Positions 1 through 9,374 of a DNA stretch of 64,000 bases are shown in pieces. The translations under genes were made by a program, and so were the position numbers. A model generated the notes under the pieces. That model saw nothing but the letters and a program-made list of their open reading frames with translations. It made no database searches and was not told the DNA's origin. This DNA comes from Rhodospirillales bacterium (lineage in GTDB: Bacteria; Pseudomonadota; Alphaproteobacteria; Micavibrionales; Micavibrionaceae): contig JACKIT010000007.1 of assembly GCA_020638335.1 (NCBI GenBank), positions 45-64,044 on the forward strand, read 5' to 3'. The first letter of the stretch is position 1. The number at the start of each line of letters is the position of its first letter.

Positions 1-1
1 T

Positions 2-865
2 GCGCGTGCGACGCAAACTCAGGGGAAAGAGCTGTCTTATAACAATCTCAACGATACGGATGCAGCGTTTGAGCTTGTGGCTGAATTTGATGAGCCAGCG
101 GTAGCGATTATCAAACATGCGAACCCGTGCGGCGTGGCGATGGCGGATGATATGCTGGAGGCTTATAACCGCGCCTTTGCCTGCGACCCGGTAAGCGCCT
201 TCGGCGGTATTATCGCGCTGAACCGTACCTTAACAAAAGACACGGCGGAAGCTATCCTTCAAAAATTCTGTGAAGTGATTATTGCGCCCGATATTGCCGC
301 CGATGCGATTGAAGTGCTCAAAACCAAGAAGAATGTGCGGGTTCTGACTACCGGCGGAATGCCGAATCTGGCGCAAAAACGCCGGATGGTTACGCGCATT
401 GCGGGCGGCTTGCTGGTGCAGGATTCTGATAATGGGCAGACGCTGGAAGATGATTTGAAGGTGGTTACGGACCGTGAACCGACCAAAGAAGAGCTTAAAG
501 ACATGCTGTTTGCTTTCCGCGTGGCCAAACACGTCAAATCCAACGCGATTGTCTACGCAAAAAACGGCGCGACTGTCGGGATTGGCGCCGGACAGATGAG
601 CCGGGTGGACAGTGCGCGCATTGCGGCGTGGAAGTCTGCCGAAGCAGCTAAAGAGCTAGGGCTGGACGAGCCACTGGCCAAAGGCTCTGTCGTGGCTTCT
701 GATGCGTTCTTCCCGTTTGCCGATGGGTTGATCAGCGCGGCGGAGGCCGGCGTCACGGCTGTGATCCAGCCTGGCGGATCGATCCGCGATGATGAAGTCA
801 TTGAAGCGGCCAATGAACGCGGTCTGGCGATGGTGATGACCGGTATGCGGCATTTCCGGCATTAA
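2..865 (+). CDS. purH: Bifunctional AICAR transformylase / IMP cyclohydrolase PurH, C-terminal part (5' end lies outside the window)
   Basis: The frame is open from the window edge. The translation ([39 protein letters not shown] ... [29 protein letters not shown]) is the conserved PurH transformylase domain. Confidence 0.95.
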   Translation, partial: ARATQTQGKELSYNNLNDTDAAFELVAEFDEPAVAIIKHANPCGVAMADDMLEAYNRAFACDPVSAFGGIIALNRTLTKDTAEAILQKFCEVIIAPDIAADAIEVLKTKKNVRVLTTGGMPNLAQKRRMVTRIAGGLLVQDSDNGQTLEDDLKVVTDREPTKEELKDMLFAFRVAKHVKSNAIVYAKNGATVGIGAGQMSRVDSARIAAWKSAEAAKELGLDEPLAKGSVVASDAFFPFADGLISAAEAGVTAVIQPGGSIRDDEVIEAANERGLAMVMTGMRHFRH

Positions 866-881
866 TATCTCTTCTTATGAT

Positions 882-1035
882 GTCATCCCGGAGGCGATGC
901 GACTTGTCCGCCGAAGCCTTGGCGTAGGTGGAATCATCGCTTAAACGTCCGGGATCCATATGCGAACCGCTTTTAGCGGTTCTCTTTTTCTGGATTCCCG
1001 CTGTGCTAGCGCCTTCGGCGCGCCGCGGGAATGAC
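882..1035. repeat. Composite palindromic intergenic repeat (family 1, GTCATyCCG...CGGGAATGAC termini) enclosing the purH terminator
   Basis: The left end is gtcatcccggagg and the right end is cgcgggaatgac. There are internal atcccgga/tccgggat-type stems. The same termini occur at 29035, 51645, 53258 and 55631. Confidence 0.7.
964..990 (+). terminator. Rho-independent terminator downstream of purH
   Basis: Stem gaaccgc, loop tttta, stem gcggttc, followed by tctttttc. Confidence 0.7.
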
Positions 1036-1327
1036 ATCTCTATAAATCGCTTTTTCCATATTTTTTATAATTCTTAACGGCTTTGTTAAGACTTTTTTAA
1101 CTCCGCCTCTATACCATGGGGACTGAGATATAAGGGCGCAGTGTTTTATACGTGCGCCTCGTTGGATGAAAAACCCGGCTAAGAGGTTGAAAATCCAAGA
1201 GTATAAGAGGGTATGAAAAAGACAGATTTCCAAGGTTCAGAACGCGAAATCCCCCTTCATCCCTCTTAAAGAAAAGAATAACCCGCAGACGCCAGATGGA
1301 TGTTTGCAGAAACGAAAAAGGTTTTAG

Positions 1328-1837
1328 ATGGGATTTTGGTTACCATTCATGGCACTGGCAGGCGGCGGTTGGTATGGCGCCAATAAATTGAGCGATGGTG
1401 CGCTGAATGAAAAAGCTGGCGCGTTCATCAGCGACACGGCTTCAGAATTTGGAGAGAAGGCTGTTGATACTGCTCTTGAGAAAGCCGGAGCCGGTGAAAA
1501 TTCAGCCTTTGGCGACTTCTTTAAAGATCACTGGGGAAAAGTGCTGTTGACAGGCGGCGGATTGCTCGCCGCGATGAAACTTCCCAAGCCTTTACGCGGC
1601 CTTGCTATCGCTGCGGCGCTGGTTATCAGCCTGATTACGGTCGCACAACATTATTCATCCGAAAAACTCCAGAGCGATTTTGAGGTTGCCCAAAGTGGTG
1701 AAGGCGCTGCTCCCCAGCGGCATATCGTGATGAGAGATGGTTTTGATCCCAGCGATTCAAATATTGTCGGACAGACCCGTTTTGGGCCGCGCACGAATGA
1801 TCGTTCCGGTCCGGAACCTGAAGCGGAACCGGTGTAG
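1328..1837 (+). CDS. Hypothetical membrane protein (169 aa), upstream partner of the giant ORF
   Basis: ORF with hydrophobic segments (GFWLPFMALAGGGWYG; LRGLAIAAALVISLITV). It lies 57 nt upstream of the 1674-aa ORF on the same strand. No family was recognised. Confidence 0.6.
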   Translation: MGFWLPFMALAGGGWYGANKLSDGALNEKAGAFISDTASEFGEKAVDTALEKAGAGENSAFGDFFKDHWGKVLLTGGGLLAAMKLPKPLRGLAIAAALVISLITVAQHYSSEKLQSDFEVAQSGEGAAPQRHIVMRDGFDPSDSNIVGQTRFGPRTNDRSGPEPEAEPV

Positions 1838-1894
1838 ACGAAACAAGGATAACAAGTCCGAAAAGGGCACAAGAGTAAACTAGAGGGTAAATAG

Positions 1895-4800
1895 ATGGCC
1901 GATACGGCAGAAGAAAAGAGAAAGAAGGAAGCGGAGAGCATAACAGATATTCTGCTTATGCTCTATGGCGGCAGTTACGCTTACTATCGCCCGGCCTCTT
2001 TCACGCCGGCTGTCCTTACCTCTGATGATGAAAGCCCTGATGCAGAGGCGCTAGTCCCGGTTGCTGCGGCTAGTGGCGCGACCGGCGCGACGGTTGCTGC
2101 CGAGCCGACAGAACCGGAAACAACCGAAACGGTTATGGAGCTGCGCGGAAGCGATGGCCAGCTTATCGCGCTTAACCCGGCGGTTCTTAAAGGCCCGCTG
2201 GCCGCGCGGCAGCAGTTTGCGAGCAATGATCCGCGCATTACCGTTTCACCTGATCTCTACGACAAAGATAAAAACGCCTTTTGGAAAGCGAAGGGATACG
2301 ATGGCAGCATTTTCAAAGAAACCGGGTTCTTTGAATCGATCTTCGACAATGATCTGACGGACGATGTGCTGGCCGAGAATAACAGCTTTATCAAAGCGGC
2401 TAAAATCGTTTATGAAGCCGAAGAAGGTCATGCATGGACTGGTTCTGACAACAAAGCACTGACAGACTGGACCATGAATCACATGCGCGCAATTAAAAAC
2501 AACCTTGTTGTTGGCGCTCAAAATATGTGGCAGAATTCTAATGCTTCGCAGCACGTTCAAGATGCCTTTAAATTCGTTGGTGATGCCTATGACCAAAAAG
2601 ACTGGACGGCTTTAGGGCTGACGAAAGCGGTAGGCTGGACCATCGTAGACCCATCGAATCTGATCGGTGGCGGTCTTATCGCCAAAGCGGGTTTAAAGGC
2701 CGTTAAGGTAAGCGGGGCGACGGGCTTCCTTAAGAGGGCGGGTGAATTTACAGCTAAAACCGTTCTACCTGCTGCAGGTTTGGGCGCTGTGACCGCCCTT
2801 GCAGATAGCGCAATTGAACAAAACATAGGTTACCATGCCGGGGCACAAGAAAGACGTCTTGTCGTGTCAAGAACCGTACTGGACACGACGACAGGCGCTC
2901 TGACCGGGGCTGGATTTTCTGTTATAGGCGGTCTTGTCGTACCGGCAGCAAGCAAGATCATTGCACCGAAAATTTCAAAAAGACTGAGCAAAAAGCATAA
3001 GGAAGCCGCGGCGCCTGATGTTGAGGCCAAAGACAAAACCGAAGCCGAAACGCCGAAGGCGGATGAGCCGGTGGTGGAGGCGGAAAAGATTGAGGCTCCA
3101 AAACCGGAAGATGTGGTGGAAACCGACAAGATTGCGACTGAACCGCCAGAGGTTAAGTTTCCTGATACCAAGGCGGCGAATGAAGAACAATATAGTGAGT
3201 TTTATGATGCGCCGGGTTCTCGTCAGAAAAAGGCCCACAAGCCAACACCTGATGAATACGCAGATAGCCTTGAAAGAGCCATCAAAGGTGAAGCACAACC
3301 TGCGCCGGGGGCGGCCTCTAATACTGCCGACAACGGCAGCACTATTATCAATAATTACGGAACTATGAATTATAATAGTCCGGGTGGTCAGGGTGCGGCT
3401 ATTGATGGTGGTGCACCGACAGGGACGACGCGCACGGCGGACGCAGGGACGGACGCGCCAGCGCCAGAGGCGAAGACAAAGCCCGGCAAAGCAGGCGATG
3501 ATGGAAAAAGCGCAGAGACACCGGAAGCAAAAGAGACAGCGGGAACGGTAACAAAAAAACCGGAAGCGACGGATGATGCGGGCGCAAAGACGCCGGAGGC
3601 AGAAAAGCCGGAAGCCACAACCGCTGGTGTGGGTGAGCCCAAAAACGCTAAGAAAAGTGCTGATGATGAAAAAATCGTACATGTTGATTTCCCAGATGGA
3701 GCCCCTCCTCCCCCAGAATTCAAGAAAATAAAAGACTGGGGTAACCAGTTTCTGTTTAGACGGAAGTGGGTCTATGATCCCTACCAAGGATGGAAAGATT
3801 ATCGCGCTCTGCGTGTTGAGTCGGCGATGACGAATCCAAGGCCGATTATTAAACCTGTTGTCGATTATGCTGATGGTCGAATGGAAAAGTGGGGGCTAAC
3901 CAAAGGGCTTTATGACCTTAATCAGTCCATACAGAATATTGCTACCTCAGACATGAAAAGTCTGCAAACTAAAATGCTCGAAAAAATGGAAGCATTTTCG
4001 GATGCAAACAGAGAAAATTTGAAAAAATTTCAGGCCGAGATTAAGGCACTAAGAAAACATGTCGAACTTAATTACAAAACTTTAAAAGATGATAATGGCA
4101 AGTTTGTTAAAAATGACGGGCGTTATCATGGTTTGATTGAGACAATTGCAAAGGATATTGATGGAAATGGAATAGGGCATAAAAAGGCGCTACTGGCTTA
4201 TTTGGATGATCTTATAAAGACCTCTGGAGATCTACAAAAGCCAGATTTTGGTGATACCGGAAAGCGTGTAGTAAATCTGGAATATCAGTCAGGCATGCCG
4301 ATGAAGGATGTGCATGCACTAAAAACACACAGCCTTCATAAAATTTTTACAATGGTTGAAGATGCCCATGCCCGCTTGCATGTTCACGAAACAACCACCG
4401 GGGATCAGGGACCACAAATCCCCTTTATAGGCACCAGAATTTTATATCCAAAACGTCCACTTAAGGAAGTCAACGGCATTAAAATCGGCGTCACAAGGGA
4501 AGAACGCGAGTCCGTGATTAGAATGATTCAAGCAGGCCATTATGAAGCCGAACCAACGCTCAAAAAACGATCAGACCCTTCTAACCTTGAAGCCGTTATT
4601 ATGGATTTGGAAGTTGAATACAAAAAATATATAAGTAAGGATGGGAATGATGTAACCACATGGCCTGTGGAGGATACGAAGATTTTTGCCTCTGCCCTTG
4701 CTGGCGTTGTCAGGGACGGTTATGGACATGAAGCCCTGCATGTAGCACGCCGCATGATGATGCGTGTAGGCTCCGGCAGTAGGCGCGTCACGATTCCACC

Positions 4801-6919
4801 AAATATAACGGACAACCCTAGCTTTAAAGAATCGTTGGGCGATGTAATTCATACCGAATATTACAAGCGGTGGAAAAAAAGTTTTGATGCCGTTATTGAT
4901 CGTAAGCATATAACCGGCAAAGAAGAAGAAGGTTGGGGACCGACGAGTAGCGCAGGACGTGATTCAGAAGAACAAGCAATGGAAAGAAGCTACTTCTGGC
5001 ATTACATGTTCCGCTTCCCCGGAGACAAACCATGGTCAAAGCCTGCCGAAATCAGGTTTCAAGCTATTTTTCAAAACAGATTTACAAATCTCTACAACTA
5101 CGCTATGGGCGGCTACACCTCCCCTATAATGAAAGAAGGAAAGCCGACCCCTCGCCTTGAAGGACACCTTAATCTGTTATTATGGCGAGATAAGCCTAAA
5201 GAAGAAGATTACAATAAGTGGAGAGATAATCTTATTCTCCGCGCGCCCTCCTGGTTGAAAACGCCAACACGGTTTGCTTTTGGTGGGGTTACCTACACAC
5301 CTATAATGTATGCAACCGGAGGGTCATTCGCACTTGTCGGTTCAGAGAAAGCTTACCAGTGGGCCTTTGATGACGATGAAGATACGTGGATGGGGAATAC
5401 TGGCCGCTGGCTTGGGCAAAAAGCTCTATATACTGCGGATATCGTTAGAGATTGGACGGTTGGCTGGACAGAAGATGTTCCTTATTTGGGGGCGACTCTC
5501 AATGCCGTGCCGATTGAAGAAGCCAATGAGTATTTTTTCCGGGCGGGCAAGCCTGAGCGTAAGGTTTCTGCTTCTTCCGGTGCCAGCCCGGTAGCGGCAG
5601 ATCAACAAATGCCGCCGCCTATCACCCTGCCGGCGGGGCAGGCGCTCAGCAAAGAATTTATCACGGGTACTCTGGACCGCAACATTGCGAAGCGGAAAAC
5701 CGAAGTGGAGATTGCCGAAAGTGCGTTGAAGACTGCAAAGAGAGACCATGCCCGTTTGAAGAAAATCGCGGGTAAGGACGATTCTGACGCGAACACAACA
5801 GCCCGTGACGATGCGGAGACTGCCAAAAACAATGCTCAAACTGCCTTGGATCAACGTGAAGCCTCTCTGGATACTCTCCAGTTCAAACGCACCAAGGCGG
5901 TGATTGCGTTTAGAACCTCGGCTTTTAAGGATGACCCGACCCTTCAAAGCAAGATCACCGAAATTTTGTTGGACATGCAGGATGCCGGGCCGGGGATCAG
6001 CAAAAAGTTCGATTTGTTGGATGACGCCTTGTTTGCCGGGGCGCTGGATCTGGCCGGTAAAGAGGGCGAGTATACGAAAAAAGACCTTCAAGAGGCCATT
6101 ACCAAAGTCTTCCCGGCCGATGCGAAAAAGCGTGAGGCTGATAAGAAAAAACAGCCCTATAGCCAGACCAGCACGCGGCCAAGCGAAAGTTTCGGCAATA
6201 TGGCCGAGGACGGTGTTAACTGGGCTCTAGACTGGACCGGCGCAGATGCCAAGAGCGGCTGGCTGGGCCGGACGTTTAACAAAATGGGAGATTGGGGCCG
6301 GGCGTTTGGGGGCTTCTGGGGCGATCTTTCCACTACGTGGAAGGCCGGAATTATCGGCGTTGCGGGCTTTTTCGGCGTTGGCATGTTTTTGAAGAAGCAG
6401 CTCGGATGGTTTGGAAGTCTCCCATTTGTCGGACTTATTCTTGGGCTGATCGGCTTTGCACTCACCGGTAAAGCAGCGCATGCCTATATGAACCGCCCGA
6501 AAGAAGGCACCGTGCAAGGCACGAACGGTTTCGACCCCAATCCAACCGAAGACAGCCAGAAACATGGCGAGAAAAAAGCCAAGATGGGTAATGCCAAGAC
6601 TACCGGCAAGTATACCGTCATAGAGGGGCAGAAATCTACAGATACGCGCGAAATCGAAACCGGCATGTATTCCGTGCAGGCGAATACTTCGGGTAAAAAA
6701 GGCTTTGCGCCTCAAAAGGTTGTCTATCTCATGACCAATGACGGGATTGGCGACAATGCGTTGGAAGATCAAGCAAAGACGGCCAGCCACATTCCGTCCG
6801 GATTGAAAAATGTGATCTCCGCCAGGGACAGCGTGTTTGACGGCATCACACATGACAGCAGAGTCTTGCGCCGCACCAGCGCCAACGACTTTGAATATGA
6901 CGCGCCAGCCGTTGCTTAA
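1895..6919 (+). CDS. Giant hypothetical protein (1674 aa): N-terminal domain, Pro/Glu/Ala/Lys/Thr-rich linker, long helical middle part, C-terminal Trp/Gly-rich region with transmembrane helices
   Basis: Single uninterrupted 5 kb ORF preceded by GAGGG. The low-complexity linker (TPEAKETAG..KTPEAEKPEATTAG) spans about aa 360-620. Predicted TM helices are IIGVAGFFGVGMFL and LPFVGLILGLIGFAL. No catalytic motif was recognised. Confidence 0.8.
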   Translation: MADTAEEKRKKEAESITDILLMLYGGSYAYYRPASFTPAVLTSDDESPDAEALVPVAAASGATGATVAAEPTEPETTETVMELRGSDGQLIALNPAVLKGPLAARQQFASNDPRITVSPDLYDKDKNAFWKAKGYDGSIFKETGFFESIFDNDLTDDVLAENNSFIKAAKIVYEAEEGHAWTGSDNKALTDWTMNHMRAIKNNLVVGAQNMWQNSNASQHVQDAFKFVGDAYDQKDWTALGLTKAVGWTIVDPSNLIGGGLIAKAGLKAVKVSGATGFLKRAGEFTAKTVLPAAGLGAVTALADSAIEQNIGYHAGAQERRLVVSRTVLDTTTGALTGAGFSVIGGLVVPAASKIIAPKISKRLSKKHKEAAAPDVEAKDKTEAETPKADEPVVEAEKIEAPKPEDVVETDKIATEPPEVKFPDTKAANEEQYSEFYDAPGSRQKKAHKPTPDEYADSLERAIKGEAQPAPGAASNTADNGSTIINNYGTMNYNSPGGQGAAIDGGAPTGTTRTADAGTDAPAPEAKTKPGKAGDDGKSAETPEAKETAGTVTKKPEATDDAGAKTPEAEKPEATTAGVGEPKNAKKSADDEKIVHVDFPDGAPPPPEFKKIKDWGNQFLFRRKWVYDPYQGWKDYRALRVESAMTNPRPIIKPVVDYADGRMEKWGLTKGLYDLNQSIQNIATSDMKSLQTKMLEKMEAFSDANRENLKKFQAEIKALRKHVELNYKTLKDDNGKFVKNDGRYHGLIETIAKDIDGNGIGHKKALLAYLDDLIKTSGDLQKPDFGDTGKRVVNLEYQSGMPMKDVHALKTHSLHKIFTMVEDAHARLHVHETTTGDQGPQIPFIGTRILYPKRPLKEVNGIKIGVTREERESVIRMIQAGHYEAEPTLKKRSDPSNLEAVIMDLEVEYKKYISKDGNDVTTWPVEDTKIFASALAGVVRDGYGHEALHVARRMMMRVGSGSRRVTIPPNITDNPSFKESLGDVIHTEYYKRWKKSFDAVIDRKHITGKEEEGWGPTSSAGRDSEEQAMERSYFWHYMFRFPGDKPWSKPAEIRFQAIFQNRFTNLYNYAMGGYTSPIMKEGKPTPRLEGHLNLLLWRDKPKEEDYNKWRDNLILRAPSWLKTPTRFAFGGVTYTPIMYATGGSFALVGSEKAYQWAFDDDEDTWMGNTGRWLGQKALYTADIVRDWTVGWTEDVPYLGATLNAVPIEEANEYFFRAGKPERKVSASSGASPVAADQQMPPPITLPAGQALSKEFITGTLDRNIAKRKTEVEIAESALKTAKRDHARLKKIAGKDDSDANTTARDDAETAKNNAQTALDQREASLDTLQFKRTKAVIAFRTSAFKDDPTLQSKITEILLDMQDAGPGISKKFDLLDDALFAGALDLAGKEGEYTKKDLQEAITKVFPADAKKREADKKKQPYSQTSTRPSESFGNMAEDGVNWALDWTGADAKSGWLGRTFNKMGDWGRAFGGFWGDLSTTWKAGIIGVAGFFGVGMFLKKQLGWFGSLPFVGLILGLIGFALTGKAAHAYMNRPKEGTVQGTNGFDPNPTEDSQKHGEKKAKMGNAKTTGKYTVIEGQKSTDTREIETGMYSVQANTSGKKGFAPQKVVYLMTNDGIGDNALEDQAKTASHIPSGLKNVISARDSVFDGITHDSRVLRRTSANDFEYDAPAVA

Positions 6920-6969
6920 GCCCTTACAAGTCAAAGGCTTATCAAGCTCTTTATCCGCTCTTGTCTAGA

Positions 6970-6978
6970 TGCTATGAT
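6970..6978 (+). promoter_or_regulatory. Candidate extended -10 element (TGcTATGAT) for the first 122-aa paralogue
   Basis: tgctatgat lies 74 nt upstream of the ATG at 7052. A near-identical tgctatggt sits at the same distance from the second paralogue. Confidence 0.35.
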
Positions 6979-7051
6979 AGTGCGTTGGGGTGCGATTGCG
7001 CCCTGCTTTTGCATCCATCCTTTTGCCCTGCTTTCCGGGCATATTCAAATT

Positions 7052-7420
7052 ATGAACGACGAGTCAAAGCATAAAAAAGACAGTATCAAGAAAGCTTTCT
7101 CACCCGGGGAAGCCAAGGACAAGCCGTCTTTGTTCCTGCCTGACGAGATGGATATTTATTGCAATAAAATCACCAAGGAAACCTTTATTTTCCACGGTAA
7201 AAAGGTTGATTATGATGCCCTTGAGAGAATGGAATATAATCCAAAGGATCACAGCGTTGATGTTTTTCTGAAAGACGGCAGTGTTTTGGATCTGGGCGTG
7301 AAAATCCAGTGGCTTATCCGGCCTTATTTCACCAAAGCCGAGGAAGTGCAGATTGTTCAAACCAAAGACGGCGAGGCGATTGACGGGACGTTCATTCCCA
7401 TTACACATAAAGGTAAATAA
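7052..7420 (+). CDS. Hypothetical small protein, paralogue A (122 aa)
   Basis: The internal ATG at 7052 (MNDESKHKKD...) gives exactly 122 aa. It aligns by eye with 7575..7943 (FHGKKVDYD..EYNPK..VDVFLKDGSVLDLGVKI...DGTFIPI versus FHDKPFKVD..EYDLG..LDFVLDDGEIRDAGMQI...EGKYIPL). Confidence 0.65.
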   Translation: MNDESKHKKDSIKKAFSPGEAKDKPSLFLPDEMDIYCNKITKETFIFHGKKVDYDALERMEYNPKDHSVDVFLKDGSVLDLGVKIQWLIRPYFTKAEEVQIVQTKDGEAIDGTFIPITHKGK

Positions 7421-7495
7421 AAGGTTAATATTTACCTCAAGATTCACATGTAAATATCTGAAAAATATAGCTATTTTCTTTGCTTTTTTGAAAAA

Positions 7496-7504
7496 TGCTA
7501 TGGT
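7496..7504 (+). promoter_or_regulatory. Candidate extended -10 element (TGcTATGGT) for the second 122-aa paralogue
   Basis: tgctatggt lies 71 nt upstream of the ATG at 7575 and is paralogous to 6970..6978. TTGCTT sits at 7480..7485 as a possible -35. Confidence 0.35.
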
Positions 7505-7574
7505 ACAATATATTTGTTAAAGGCGGACGCAGGCAGATGTGGTCTTTCAATAAAAATATGAGTATACTGCCGTT

Positions 7575-7943
7575 ATGACAGAAGATACTCATAGTGAAAG
7601 TTCAAATCGCCCGGACGTTGGAACACTGGTCGATTTCGTATACGGGGTTGATGAAGACAACCCGCTGGATATTGAGGTCGCCGTAAATGAAGAGGGGCGC
7701 GTCGTAGTTTTTCATGATAAGCCCTTTAAGGTGGATTTATCTTGGTTTGAATATGATTTGGGAACAAGCAAACTGGATTTTGTACTTGATGACGGAGAAA
7801 TAAGAGATGCAGGCATGCAAATAGCCCCTCAAATCTCCAAACATATGCAAAATAGTCACCAAATCTTAACAGTTTTGATGGATGATAAAACGGGAGAACC
7901 GAAAGAGGGAAAATATATACCGCTTATCCTTCATCAAAAATAA
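7575..7943 (+). CDS. Hypothetical small protein, paralogue B (122 aa)
   Basis: Same length as 7052..7420 and alignable with it. Confidence 0.65.
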   Translation: MTEDTHSESSNRPDVGTLVDFVYGVDEDNPLDIEVAVNEEGRVVVFHDKPFKVDLSWFEYDLGTSKLDFVLDDGEIRDAGMQIAPQISKHMQNSHQILTVLMDDKTGEPKEGKYIPLILHQK

Positions 7944-8003
7944 AAGTTCTGTATAAGCAGGCATAATAATAAACGGCAAAATAGAAAATAGAGGAGTGTA
8001 AAA

Positions 8004-8180
8004 ATGAGTTTTGATAAAGGCATACTCTGTAACACATTCGCCCAAAGATGTTCATTTGGTGTCGATGGAAGCATAAGCCACGCAACACCGCGGACAGGTG
8101 CAGATGTTCATCTTGACAAACCTTTAGAACTAAGCGGGATGAATATGGACTTAACATGCGACCCAACAGCGCAACCTTAA
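8004..8180 (+). CDS. Possible small ORF (58 aa, 3 Cys), below the length cut-off of the ORF track
   Basis: My own translation is MSFDKGILCNTFAQRCSFGVDGSISHATPRTGADVHLDKPLELSGMNMDLTCDPTAQP. GAGGAG lies 7 nt upstream of the ATG. It sits in an otherwise unassigned 270-bp gap. Confidence 0.3.
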   Translation: MSFDKGILCNTFAQRCSFGVDGSISHATPRTGADVHLDKPLELSGMNMDLTCDPTAQP

Positions 8181-8217
8181 TGTCCAGAGACAACCATAAA
8201 AACTTTATAAGTATCGC

Positions 8218-8700
8218 TTAACCACACCAGATGCGGGTGATAACGCCCGCTTCGTCGGTTTCAAAGTTGACACGTGCGGGGCTGTAATCTTGCGTCATCA
8301 CCCAGCCGGGTGGCAAAACTCTATAAGGGCGCTTTGCGTCCTTTATGACTCCCAGCATATCTTCTTGCAGTTTCATCCCAACCCAGGGTTCAAAATTACA
8401 TGTATAACTCTTCATTTCCAGTGACGTCGCAGTCTTTATCGCTGCGCCAATAACAGGATCTCTCCCTGGCGCAACTGTCGTACCTCCCCGGCCACGGTTA
8501 CTGACCGGTACATCGGGAATCATTTCTTCCAGCGTATCAGGCAGACGCTGCTCGCCTTCCTTCTGCCCCAGCCCGACGATAAGCCCAAAAACCAGCGGTA
8601 CAGCCAGCAAGGCCAGCCAAAGCGTTGGACTGGATGGTCCCGGTGCGGCACGATCTTGCAGGATAATCTTTTTTTCAGGCTGTTTCTGTTCTTCATCCAT
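8218..8700 (-). CDS. Membrane-anchored I78-family peptidase inhibitor-like protein
   Basis: N-terminal TM helix (LWLALLAVPLVFGLIVGL). The C-terminal region CNFEPWVGMKL...YRVLPPGWVMTQDYSPARVNFETDEAGVITRIWCG matches the I78 pattern (C..GQ..vRvi.PG..vTmDy...RlN...D..g.I..v.CG) as I recall it. Confidence 0.7.
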   Translation of the reverse strand: MDEEQKQPEKKIILQDRAAPGPSSPTLWLALLAVPLVFGLIVGLGQKEGEQRLPDTLEEMIPDVPVSNRGRGGTTVAPGRDPVIGAAIKTATSLEMKSYTCNFEPWVGMKLQEDMLGVIKDAKRPYRVLPPGWVMTQDYSPARVNFETDEAGVITRIWCG

Positions 8701-8831
8701 TGTTTTACGTTAAGCGTTTTGCATTTTTCACTCAAGCACGCGTTATCTTTTGTTTATGTTTCCCTTGACGTAAGAGCGAAACTACTGTAGTTCCCATAAT
8801 TTAATTTCGCGGAGATTAAGGGTATATATTT

Positions 8832-9329
8832 ATGGCTACAAAACGCTTCGAACCAGGCGATCTAACGCATGAGATGCGCCTCAGCATAAATGGCCTGCCA
8901 CCGGCCAATCGCACAGTTACAAAAACACTGGTAAAAAATGTTGTTTTAAATGTGATGGATGCCTTCACGAACCTTGATGAGCAAAATCGATTCACTGGCA
9001 TTGTGGCATTTGTTCCAGCCTATAATACTGAAGAAGCGAAAAAATCGCTTCGAGAAGGAGATACCATCTCTGTTAGAACGTTCCTGCCGATTGAAAAACT
9101 ACGTTGTTTGTCTGAAACCGATAACAGAAGCCTAACATTAGAGGAAATAGAGGTTAGCATCTGGGGAGACGGCGTTGTCACATGTCGTGATACGACTCCA
9201 AAAGAATTTACGCTGGGCACAGATGAAAATAACAAACGCGCCATGGATGCGATACGCGCAATGTCTCAAGGCCATAATTGTACTGATAAAGACCTTAACG
9301 GTCCGGGATCAGATTCCACGCCTTCATAA
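8832..9329 (+). CDS. Hypothetical protein (165 aa)
   Basis: ORF only; no family recognised. Confidence 0.5.
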   Translation: MATKRFEPGDLTHEMRLSINGLPPANRTVTKTLVKNVVLNVMDAFTNLDEQNRFTGIVAFVPAYNTEEAKKSLREGDTISVRTFLPIEKLRCLSETDNRSLTLEEIEVSIWGDGVVTCRDTTPKEFTLGTDENNKRAMDAIRAMSQGHNCTDKDLNGPGSDSTPS

Positions 9330-9374
9330 ATCCACGCTTGCTTTTCGCTGTTCCCTCGCCTATTCATTTTGTCC

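Noticed and set aside
3300-3760. Pro/Glu/Ala/Lys-rich region of the giant gene, considered as a DNA-level tandem repeat
   Set aside because: Only short, imperfect recurrences (ccggaagc / gaagcgac-type) are present and no regular period was found by eye. It is better described as low-complexity coding sequence.
2975-3787. 270-aa minus-strand ORF and other antisense or alternate-frame ORFs within the giant gene
   Set aside because: They lie in the low-complexity linker region, where all frames stay open. The products are Arg/Cys/Phe-rich nonsense. The 5-kb sense frame is uninterrupted.
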